A DNA stretch of 29,676 nt from a virus (taxonomy: Duplodnaviria > Caudoviricetes). A program made the position numbers and the translations under genes. Where the stretch lies: IMG/VR virus record IMGVR_UViG_3300037515_000989, positions 1 to 29,676 of that record. One strand, given 5' to 3'. This document shows, in pieces, positions 1 through 6,851 of the stretch. The first letter of the stretch is position 1. Each line of letters starts with the position of its first letter. The notes beneath the pieces are model-generated. The model saw nothing but the letters and a program-made list of their open reading frames with translations, searched no databases and was not told the origin of the DNA.

Positions 1-200
1 TCATCATTCCGGGCCAAGGCATTTTCCAGCGATTGGGTCGGGGTCGCCGGTCGCGGGTGCGGATGCTCTACGCCTTCCAGCGCGCGGTGCCCATTGCGCC
101 AAGCCTCCAGTTCATCGAGAACGCGCGGCGGACCGTCAAGGAGCGTTTCCACCCGAACTTCCGCACCGCGTTCGCGGAAGCGAAGCGGACGGCGCGATGA
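1..200 (+). CDS. 3' end of a phage protein (possibly gpZ/tail-completion-like), truncated by the window edge
   Basis: Frame 3 is open from the edge: IIPGQGIFQRLGRGRRSRVRMLYAFQRAVPIAPSLQFIENARRTVKERFHPNFRTAFAEAKRTAR*, stop TGA 198-200 overlapping ATG 197. The GIFQR...LY.F...F..AF..A.RTAR pattern resembles genes I recall upstream of terS in gpA-type phages. Not in the ORF track. Confidence 0.6.
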   Translation, partial: IIPGQGIFQRLGRGRRSRVRMLYAFQRAVPIAPSLQFIENARRTVKERFHPNFRTAFAEAKRTAR

Positions 201-1285
201 AGATCGGATCGAATACAGTGATGCGCGGCATCGTGCTGCCGGTCGCGGGGCCCGTGGACGGGACCACATGGACCGAGCTCCGTGAGCGCCTGTTTGCCTC
301 CTGGTCGGACGTGACGGCGTGCGCCAACTGGATGCTGACCGAGCTGTACGCGCGGGATACGCATCGGGAGCCGGCGATGGAGAAGCTGGGGCGGATGCCT
401 AGGATCTATCTCTATCCGGAGGCGCGTCGCCAATGGCCGGGCCTCGCCACGCAGACACTGGCGACGCTCGAGCACGAGGTCAAGAAACGCTGGCGCACGA
501 TGCGGTATGCGGTGCTCTGGACAGGACGCCAATCGCTCCCCACGCAGAAATACGCCGTGCCGCTCCCCCTGCCGCGCCAGATGTGGCGTCTCGAGGTCCG
601 GGAGGCGCGGTATTACGTCCTGTCGTGCCGGATCGGGGATGCCCGGATCGGGCTGCGTCTCCGGGGTGGACCCCATGTCTATCGGCAGTCTCAGACGCTG
701 GCCGAGATCGTCGATGGCGAGGTCCGCGCGGGGTGCGCCTATCTGTACGAGCGTGTTGTGCACGCTGGAGACCACCGAACGGGCACAGCCAAGGATCGTC
801 GTCTGGTCGTGCGGATCAGCGTGGAAGTGCCGCGCCGATCGGTGGCGGATCTCACGGGGACGCTCCATGTGCGGACCACTGCCGCGGCACTGCTGGAGTG
901 CGCGCAGAAGGAGGATGGTCCCGCGGTGTGGACGGAGCATGCTCAGCAGATCCGGCGTGCGTTGGCCGGCTTCGCGCGCCAGCAGCGTCAGTTGTCAGAC
1001 GACTTGAAGGCCGAGCGCCGTCGGCCGCGTCGTCAGCGCGAGGGGATCGTGGGACGGATGGGGATGTTGCGGCGACGGCGCGCGCGGCAATTGGATAGCT
1101 GGCTGCACGAGCTGGCGGCGCACGTCGTGGGGTATGCGAAGCGGCATCGGGTGGCAGTTGTGCAGTACGACGACCGCATCAGGGCGTTCGCCGAGTCGTT
1201 TCCATGGTATCAGTTGCGGTTGCGGCTCCAGGAGAAGTGCGAGGCGGCAGGGATAGTCTTTGCGAGGCGAGCGGGGAGGTCGTGA
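197..1285 (+). CDS. cas12f: Cas12f1/TnpB-like type V effector, predicted nuclease-dead and C-terminally truncated (362 aa)
   Basis: Collinear by eye with AsCas12f1 as recalled: PVDGTTWTELRERL ~ PLDLDWKEFGTIL; VLWTGRQSLPTQKYAVPLPL ~ ILRGDMSIPSYKRDIPLDL; LAEIVDGEVRAG ~ MDRILSGEYQVS; HELAAHVVGYAKRHRVAVVQYDD ~ HRYSRYIVDMAIKEGCGTIQMED; WYQLRLRLQEKCEAAGIVF ~ YYDLQQKIIYKAEEAGIKV. RuvC-I GIDLG is replaced by HVRTT (R226), RuvC-II E by D325, and the protein ends before the Zn finger/RuvC-III. Adjacent to a CRISPR array. Confidence 0.8.
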   Translation: MKIGSNTVMRGIVLPVAGPVDGTTWTELRERLFASWSDVTACANWMLTELYARDTHREPAMEKLGRMPRIYLYPEARRQWPGLATQTLATLEHEVKKRWRTMRYAVLWTGRQSLPTQKYAVPLPLPRQMWRLEVREARYYVLSCRIGDARIGLRLRGGPHVYRQSQTLAEIVDGEVRAGCAYLYERVVHAGDHRTGTAKDRRLVVRISVEVPRRSVADLTGTLHVRTTAAALLECAQKEDGPAVWTEHAQQIRRALAGFARQQRQLSDDLKAERRRPRRQREGIVGRMGMLRRRRARQLDSWLHELAAHVVGYAKRHRVAVVQYDDRIRAFAESFPWYQLRLRLQEKCEAAGIVFARRAGRS

Positions 1286-1455
1286 CCGAGAGTGCGGACC
1301 CGCTCGCAGAACTCGTAACCATAGACACAACATGAGGATAGACGGTACGGCCACCGCCAGGCCGAAGCGCGAGTACAGGGCCGAGCCATTGCGCACGGCA
1401 CCCGCTCGCGGAACGCGGGATAAGCGTCGGGGATACCTGCAGTTAGGCAGCCGCC
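1267..1455 (+). promoter_or_regulatory. CRISPR leader / possible tracr- or scout-like RNA region
   Basis: Segment from the effector 3' end to repeat 1. GCGAGCGGG (1267-1275) is inverted relative to CCCGCTCGC (1299-1307 and 1401-1409). ACCCGCTCGC(A/G)GAAC is directly repeated at 1298-1312 and 1400-1414. Confidence 0.55.
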
Positions 1456-1713
1456 CCAGAAACACTCATCTCATCGAGAGACTGTTGCGGGCGTGCAGGC
1501 ATAAAGGAGCACGACGAGCATGGATATCTTCTCCCAGAAACACTCATCTCATCGAGAGACTGTTGCGGGTAGGCGCGAACCTGCCTGAAAAAGGCATCGT
1601 AATCTCCAGAAACACTCATCTCATCGAGAGAAGGTTGCGGGGAAAGCAGCAAACCAAGACGCCGATACGGGTTCAAACCCGAAACACTCATCTCATCGAG
1701 AGAAGGTTGCGGG
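1456..1713 (+). CRISPR. CRISPR mini-array: 4 x 36-bp repeats, 3 spacers (42, 36, 36 nt)
   Basis: Repeats at 1456-1491 and 1534-1569 (CCAGAAACACTCATCTCATCGAGAGACTGTTGCGGG, identical), 1606-1641 (...GAGAAGGTTGCGGG) and 1678-1713 (CCCGA...AAGGTTGCGGG). Spacers at 1492-1533, 1570-1605, 1642-1677. The repeat can fold AACA-C-TC-A-TCTC-ATC-GAGA-GA-C-TGTT. Orientation inferred from leader position and the degenerate last repeat. Confidence 0.95.
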
Positions 1714-1715
1714 AA

Positions 1716-2405
1716 ATGATGTTTATGCAACAGGCACCGATGACGGTCCCGACCTGCGTGTATACAGCGGCAGGCCGGCCGCCGATGCCCGGCACTGCCG
1801 ACGGGACCTGTCGGTTGTGCGGTACTCTCGGAACGGGTCAGGCGTTTGCGTCGTGGGTCAAGCCGACCTTCACTGACCACGACCGCGTGCGCCCGGGGAC
1901 GATCATCTGCCATGCGTGTCTGTTCTGCACGCTGCATAACTCGACCTGGCTGGCTGAGCATCTCGGGCGCGAGAAGCCACAGCGCATGCGGAACTACTCG
2001 CACTTCGTGCTCGAGGGCGCGTGGCACTGCGTGTCCAAAGCCGAGAAGGCGCGGATGCGCACGCTCCTCGCCCGCGACCCCGAGGTCGTGGTCCTTGCTG
2101 ACAGCGGCCAGCGCCACCTCGTGTTTCGCGCGCGGCCCGGGTGCTGGCAGTTCGAACTCCACACCATCACGCCCGAATGGGAGCGCCTCGCGGCGCATCT
2201 CGGGAAGAAGTGGTCGCAGGGGTGGGGCGCCGTCTTGCAGTGGGACGTGGAGCCCTGGCCCGAGGACTGGAGTGTGACGGGACCAGGCGGGCGCCTGATG
2301 CGGGCCGTGTACGATCCTGAGGGCACGACGCAGTACGGCATCCGGCCGAGTTACTGGCATCCTCGCAATCAGTTCCCGTGCCGGCTGCCGGGGGGCAGCA
2401 GCTGA
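1716..2405 (+). CDS. csf1/csf3: Type IV CRISPR Csf1 N-terminal part fused in frame to Csf3 C-terminal part (probable deletion remnant)
   Basis: N-part: CRLCG...WVKPTFTDHD...ICHAC...RNYSHFV...LADSGQRHLVF (Csf1-like Zn finger and SGQ(K/R)H motif). C-part: HLGKKWSQGWGAV.QW.VE...DWS...LMRAV...GIRPSYW (Csf3/Cas5-like G-rich loop and RPxYW end). Start may be ATG 1716, 1725 or 1740. Confidence 0.7.
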   Translation: MMFMQQAPMTVPTCVYTAAGRPPMPGTADGTCRLCGTLGTGQAFASWVKPTFTDHDRVRPGTIICHACLFCTLHNSTWLAEHLGREKPQRMRNYSHFVLEGAWHCVSKAEKARMRTLLARDPEVVVLADSGQRHLVFRARPGCWQFELHTITPEWERLAAHLGKKWSQGWGAVLQWDVEPWPEDWSVTGPGGRLMRAVYDPEGTTQYGIRPSYWHPRNQFPCRLPGGSS

Positions 2406-3550
2406 TGCCGCAGCCCACCTTCGGCGCGCGCGGAGTACTGGTGGATGCGGTGGCGATGGCCGTCCGCGAGGCCTGGGCCGTCGAGGCCGGCGCACGGCGG
2501 AACTATGTGGCGACGACGCTCCGTCGCCTGGTCGGTGATGCGCTGGCCGACCAGGCGTTGGTCGCCGCGCTCAAGCTCCTCGATCTCCAACCCGCGGCGC
2601 CGACGGGCGACATCGAGCCGCCGGCGACGGCACTCCTTTCGTTATGTGCGCGGTGTAAGCAGATCAAGCTACGCGAGCAGCGGAGGCCCTACCGGGGCAA
2701 GATCCACATGGAGGTCCTGCGCGATGCGGAGTGGATGCGGCGACAGTTCGAGCGGCTCGGCCGCACCGACCAGGACCTGGCGGAGGATCTGCAATGCCAC
2801 CTAAAGTCCGTCACGCAATGGCGCAATCGGCACGGCATTCTTCCGCATAAGTCGAACCGCAAGTACATGGACCCGGAGCGCCTGCATCGGCTCATTCACG
2901 TCGACCGCCTCGCCCCGGGCGAGATCGCCGAGAAGCTCGAGTGCGACGCGGCGACGGTCCAGCGGTGGGCCCGCCAGCTGGGCGTGGTGCGCACGTACAA
3001 GGAGCACGCCCACCACACGGAAGCCTGGTGGCGTGAACGGGTCCACGCGGGGTGGACCTACTACCGGATGGCCGAGGCTGCCGGCATCAAGAAGCACAGC
3101 GTCTTTTGGCACCTCCGGAAGTGGGGGCTGTACACACGCAAAGGCTCACGCGCGAGCCTCCCGCGGTACCCGCAGCTGTATGAGGCTGAGTGGTTGGCCC
3201 GCGCGCTCGATGGGACCACCGAATACGCACGCGTCGCCCGGGAGGTCGGGTGCTCTGCGAGTACGGTGAAGTTCGCGGCGGTGAAGCTGGGACTCGTGGC
3301 CCCCAAGAATCCCCCACGCCCCACACCGTGGGTACACGATCCCGCGTGGTATCACGAGCGCCTGGCCCGACGGATGACGGCCGAGCAGATGGCGGCCGAG
3401 GTGGGACTCCAGGCCAAGAGCGTGCTGAACTACATGATCGCGTTAGACGTCGCGCCCGAGTACTACCGGCTCGTGGAGCGGTGGCACGCCGAGGAACTGG
3501 CGAAGACCCGCGAGCGGATCGCCCGTCGCGTGTCGATGGTGGCGACGTGA
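2405..3550 (+). CDS. Multi-HTH DNA-binding protein (about five tandem HTH units)
   Basis: ATG 2405 overlaps the upstream stop (TGATG). Repeated ~50-aa units with cores LAEDLQCHLKSVTQWRNRHGI, IAEKLECDAATVQRWARQLGV, MAEAAGIKKHSVFWHLRKWGL, VAREVGCSASTVKFAAVKLGL, MAAEVGLQAKSVLNYMIALDV. Confidence 0.75.
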   Translation: MPQPTFGARGVLVDAVAMAVREAWAVEAGARRNYVATTLRRLVGDALADQALVAALKLLDLQPAAPTGDIEPPATALLSLCARCKQIKLREQRRPYRGKIHMEVLRDAEWMRRQFERLGRTDQDLAEDLQCHLKSVTQWRNRHGILPHKSNRKYMDPERLHRLIHVDRLAPGEIAEKLECDAATVQRWARQLGVVRTYKEHAHHTEAWWRERVHAGWTYYRMAEAAGIKKHSVFWHLRKWGLYTRKGSRASLPRYPQLYEAEWLARALDGTTEYARVAREVGCSASTVKFAAVKLGLVAPKNPPRPTPWVHDPAWYHERLARRMTAEQMAAEVGLQAKSVLNYMIALDVAPEYYRLVERWHAEELAKTRERIARRVSMVAT

Positions 3551-3577
3551 CGAGAACGATCGTGCCGGCAAGGGATT

Positions 3578-3680
3578 AGGTTCTTTCGGGGCCTGTTCGG
3601 GTGAGCGGGCTCGCGCCAGAGCAAACGTTCTCTAGGTGGTGCAATCTGAAAAGCATTTCAGTTTCATCTGCGGTGTCATC
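3578..3680 (+). other. Candidate lambda-type cos site (cosQ-cosN-cosB)
   Basis: AGGTTCT (3578-3584; lambda cosQ is GGGTCCT), then 23 nt starting TTC and ending CG as in lambda, then GGCTCGCGCCAG (3608-3619). An AT-richer stretch follows with the inverted repeat CTGAAA-AGCA-TTTCAG (3646-3661), directly upstream of terS. Confidence 0.5.
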
Positions 3681-3720
3681 TCGTACGACGGGGTCCGACC
3701 GTGGTCCGTGGTAGTCGTGG

Positions 3721-4179
3721 ATGGGTGAGATCCGATTATCCCGCAAGGAGTTCGCCGCCATCTTCGACGTCACGATCCGCCAGGTCGACAACTGGGTCGT
3801 CGAGGGCCTGCCCCGGATCGAGGTCGGCCGCAACCGGTTCGCCTACGGGGTCGAGTCGATTCGGTTCGTGGTGCGCAAGATCAAAGAGCGCGAGAATGGC
3901 GGCCCGAAGAGCCCGCGGTTCCAGCGGGAGGTCCTCCGCGTCGAGCACGAGAAACTGGAGCTGCTCCGCAAACAGCGCGAGCTCATCCCGATCGCCCTGC
4001 ACCGTGAGCGCCTGGCCGTCATCGTGGAACGGATCGCGGCCACCTTCAAGTCCATGCCCGCCCGGTTTGCCCGACGGTTGGTGGGCGCCAAGAAGATCGC
4101 GGAGGCCCGCGTGGTCCTCGAATCCCTCCGGGAGGAACTCATCGACGAGCTGCTGAGGATTCCCGATGATGACGACTGA
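3721..4179 (+). CDS. terS: Terminase small subunit, Nu1-like
   Basis: N-terminal winged HTH LSRKEFAAIFDVTIRQVDNWVVEGLP resembles lambda Nu1, followed by a coiled coil; overlaps terL. Confidence 0.9.
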   Translation: MGEIRLSRKEFAAIFDVTIRQVDNWVVEGLPRIEVGRNRFAYGVESIRFVVRKIKERENGGPKSPRFQREVLRVEHEKLELLRKQRELIPIALHRERLAVIVERIAATFKSMPARFARRLVGAKKIAEARVVLESLREELIDELLRIPDDDD

Positions 4180-6121
4180 CGACCTGTCGCGCCGAGCGTT
4201 CGTGGCCCTCTCGAGCGCGATCGCGGTGTCCCCGACACACTATGCGGTGGCGGCCTCGGAGGCGCGTCGGGTCGAACGCGAGATCTTCCGGGCGACCATC
4301 CTGCGCAGCCCGACGCTCACGATCAGTCAGTGGGCTGACCAGGAACGCATCGTGCCGGCGGGCTCTTCCTCGGTGCCTGGCCGGTGGCGCACCGAGATGG
4401 TCCCCTACACCCGCGAGATCATGGATGCGATCGGGGACGCGCGGTATCGGTCGGTCGTCTGGAAGAAGCCCAACCAAGTCGCGGCGACCGAAGTCATCAT
4501 CAACGCAGTCGCGTATTTCATCGACCAGGATCCGTCTCCGATGCTCCTCGTGTTGCCGAATGTCGATCCGATGGCCCGGAAATGGTCACGCACCCGGTTC
4601 GCACCCATGGTCGCGGCGATGCCATGTCTCCGCCGGAAGGTCGGGGAGGCGCGCACCCGGGACTCGGCGAATACCGTGCTCGAGAAGACGTTCCCCGGCG
4701 GCTACCTCTCCGTCATCGGCGCCAACAGCGCCGCGGGGCTGTCGATGTCTCCGGTGCGGTGCGCGTTCTTCGACGAGGTCGACCGCTTCCCCGCGTCCGC
4801 CGGCACGGAGGGTGATCCGATCGAGCTCGGGGCCGCACGCACCGACACGTACGGCGACCTGGCGATTCAGGTGCATTTCTCGACGCCGGCGGATGAGCCG
4901 TCGCGCGTGGACGAGGCCTACCAGGAGAGCGACCAGCGCCAGTACTGGGTGCCGTGCCCATTGTGCGGACACGAGCAGTTCCTCCAGTGGCGCGATGCGG
5001 ACGGGGACTACCGGCTGATCTGGGAGAAGGACAAACACGGCCACCACCTGCCAGAGACCGCGCGGTACCTGTGCAAGGCGTGTGGCGGGTTGATCGACGA
5101 GATCGACAAGCCCGCTATGTTATCCGCCGGGTACTGGAAGCCGCTGAAACCCGAGATCACCGACGTCGCGGGCTTTCACTGCAACGTCATGGTCTCGCCG
5201 TTCTTCAGTTGGGCCGACATGGCCAGGATGTTCCTCAACGTGCGCGGCAATCCGGAGCGACTGAAAACCTTCGTCAACTTGAAACTGGCCGATGTCTGGG
5301 ATCCCGAGCAATGGGTGTTCAACGACACAAAGCTGGCGGGCCGGCGTGAGCGGTACCACGCCGAGGTGCCGAAACCCGTCGGAATTCTTACCGCGGGCGT
5401 CGACGTGCAAGCGGATCGTCTGGAGTTGGAGGTCGATGGGTGGGGCGTCGGGCACGAATCCTGGACGCTGACCCACGAGCGCATCTACGGGGACCCCGTC
5501 GACGGTGACGTGTGGGAGGCGCTCGAGGCCCTGCTGACGAAACCCTGGGCGCACGCCTCCGGATCGACGCTGCGCATCATGTGCTGCCTGATCGACTCCG
5601 GCTATCTCGCGGACGAGGTGTACGGGTTCGTCAAGCCGCGGCAACGGCGACGCGTGTATGCGGCGAAGGGACTCGGGGGCGATCACGTCCAACTCGTGAA
5701 ACGCGCGCAGCGACCGGACCGGCACCGGATTCGCCTGGTCACGGTCGGCACCGACACGGCGAAGGATAAGCTCTTTCCGCGCTTGGCGATGGAGGAGCCG
5801 GGCCCGGGCTACATCCATTTCGGGGCACCGACCGACACGGGCCTCGACGAGGAGTACTTCGCGCAGCTGAAAGCCGAGAAGATCGACTATCGGACCGTCC
5901 GCGGCCGCCGAGTGCGCTACTACAAGCAGATCCGCAAACGGAACGAGGCGATCGACTTGAAGGTGCTGAACCTGGCGGCGTTCCATCTCCTGGGCGCGGG
6001 CGTGACGGACCACATGGCACGATGGGTCGATCGTGCCAATGGCACGACGAGCGAGCGCGCCAGTGCCCCGGCGACCAAGCCCCGACGTGGAGGGGTGCTC
6101 TCGAAGGGAGTGGAGCTGTGA
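4166..6121 (+). CDS. terL: Terminase large subunit, gpA family
   Basis: SQWADQER, PGRWRT..PY.REIMD, Walker B FFDEVDRFP, EGDP, STP, SDQRQY.VPCP.CG, nuclease LTAGVDVQ, IDSG, RNEAIDL. Confidence 0.97.
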   Translation: MMTTDDLSRRAFVALSSAIAVSPTHYAVAASEARRVEREIFRATILRSPTLTISQWADQERIVPAGSSSVPGRWRTEMVPYTREIMDAIGDARYRSVVWKKPNQVAATEVIINAVAYFIDQDPSPMLLVLPNVDPMARKWSRTRFAPMVAAMPCLRRKVGEARTRDSANTVLEKTFPGGYLSVIGANSAAGLSMSPVRCAFFDEVDRFPASAGTEGDPIELGAARTDTYGDLAIQVHFSTPADEPSRVDEAYQESDQRQYWVPCPLCGHEQFLQWRDADGDYRLIWEKDKHGHHLPETARYLCKACGGLIDEIDKPAMLSAGYWKPLKPEITDVAGFHCNVMVSPFFSWADMARMFLNVRGNPERLKTFVNLKLADVWDPEQWVFNDTKLAGRRERYHAEVPKPVGILTAGVDVQADRLELEVDGWGVGHESWTLTHERIYGDPVDGDVWEALEALLTKPWAHASGSTLRIMCCLIDSGYLADEVYGFVKPRQRRRVYAAKGLGGDHVQLVKRAQRPDRHRIRLVTVGTDTAKDKLFPRLAMEEPGPGYIHFGAPTDTGLDEEYFAQLKAEKIDYRTVRGRRVRYYKQIRKRNEAIDLKVLNLAAFHLLGAGVTDHMARWVDRANGTTSERASAPATKPRRGGVLSKGVEL

Positions 6122-6402
6122 TCCCGACCACGATGCTGCAAGAACTCGCGAAGGATAAGACGCTCTCGCCGCACACGTTGCGCGTGTACTTCATCCTGGT
6201 GGGGGAGTTGGACTTCCGCGTATATCGGCACGTGAAGCAGCACGTGTTGGCGCTGACGCTCGACACCGATCAGAGCACCGTGAGCCGTGCTCTGCAGACG
6301 CTGGTCGAGGCCACGCTCGTGGAACTGGGCCCGCGGGACGGCGCCGGCAACACGTACCGGCTCGTGCAACGCAACCGGTTCAACCCCGCCGGGGAGTGGT
6401 AG
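6118..6402 (+). CDS. Small winged-helix DNA-binding protein (MarR/RepL-like HTH)
   Basis: GTG 6118 overlaps the terL stop. VKQHVLALTLDTDQSTVSRALQTLVEATLVELGPRDGAGNTYRL is a typical wHTH. Confidence 0.75.
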   Translation: MIPTTMLQELAKDKTLSPHTLRVYFILVGELDFRVYRHVKQHVLALTLDTDQSTVSRALQTLVEATLVELGPRDGAGNTYRLVQRNRFNPAGEW

Positions 6403-6442
6403 GACACGACCACCAGCTATAAGAATACGCGCGTCGTACCTT

Positions 6443-6474
6443 TATGCATCCTGGACATATGTCGAGGATGCATA
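6443..6474. promoter_or_regulatory. 32-bp near-perfect palindrome, candidate operator
   Basis: TATGCATCCTGGACATATGTCGAGGATGCATA: 15 of 16 symmetric pairs are complementary; lies in an AT-richer gap before the head genes. Confidence 0.65.
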
Positions 6475-6518
6475 TTGGGTTGTCCGCGCACCCGTGATCG
6501 CCCATTGATGCTTCCCGT

Positions 6519-6851
6519 ATGGGCGCATCGCAAACCTTCTCGCAACAGCGGCTGACCAATGTAGAGACCGCGATACACGAGGTGGAGCTCAGCGGGACCG
6601 GCTCGATCGCCGGTACGAGTTACTCCCCTTCGGACCTTCCTTTCCTCGAGGCCTGGCAACGTCGGTTGAGCGTCCAGGTCGCCATCGAGCACATCGAGGC
6701 CGGCGCGCAGGAATACACCGTCCTCGGCCGTACCTTCCGGCGCGGTGACCTGAAGATCCTGTACGATCGGCTCGACAAAGAGCGCACGCACGAACAGCGT
6801 CTGCGTCGCGGTGGTGGCATGCGTGTCCGCGGCATCGTGCCGACGGGGTGA
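6519..6851 (+). CDS. gpW-like head-tail joining protein with two tandem units
   Basis: Located between terL and portal. AIEHIEAGAQEYTVLGRTFRRGDLKILY matches the gpW-like pattern, and a degenerate copy precedes it. Confidence 0.7.
   Translation: MGASQTFSQQRLTNVETAIHEVELSGTGSIAGTSYSPSDLPFLEAWQRRLSVQVAIEHIEAGAQEYTVLGRTFRRGDLKILYDRLDKERTHEQRLRRGGGMRVRGIVPTG

Noticed and set aside
197-1285. Active IS605/IS607 TnpB transposon
   Set aside because: No TnpA, no catalytic residues and no Zn finger; it is followed by a true multi-spacer array.
1260-1715. 381-aa ORF 1260-2405 reading through the array with repeated RNTHLIER
   Set aside because: The peptide repeats are translated CRISPR repeats; unit lengths of 78, 72 and 72 nt happen to keep frame. 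The real CDS probably starts after the last repeat.
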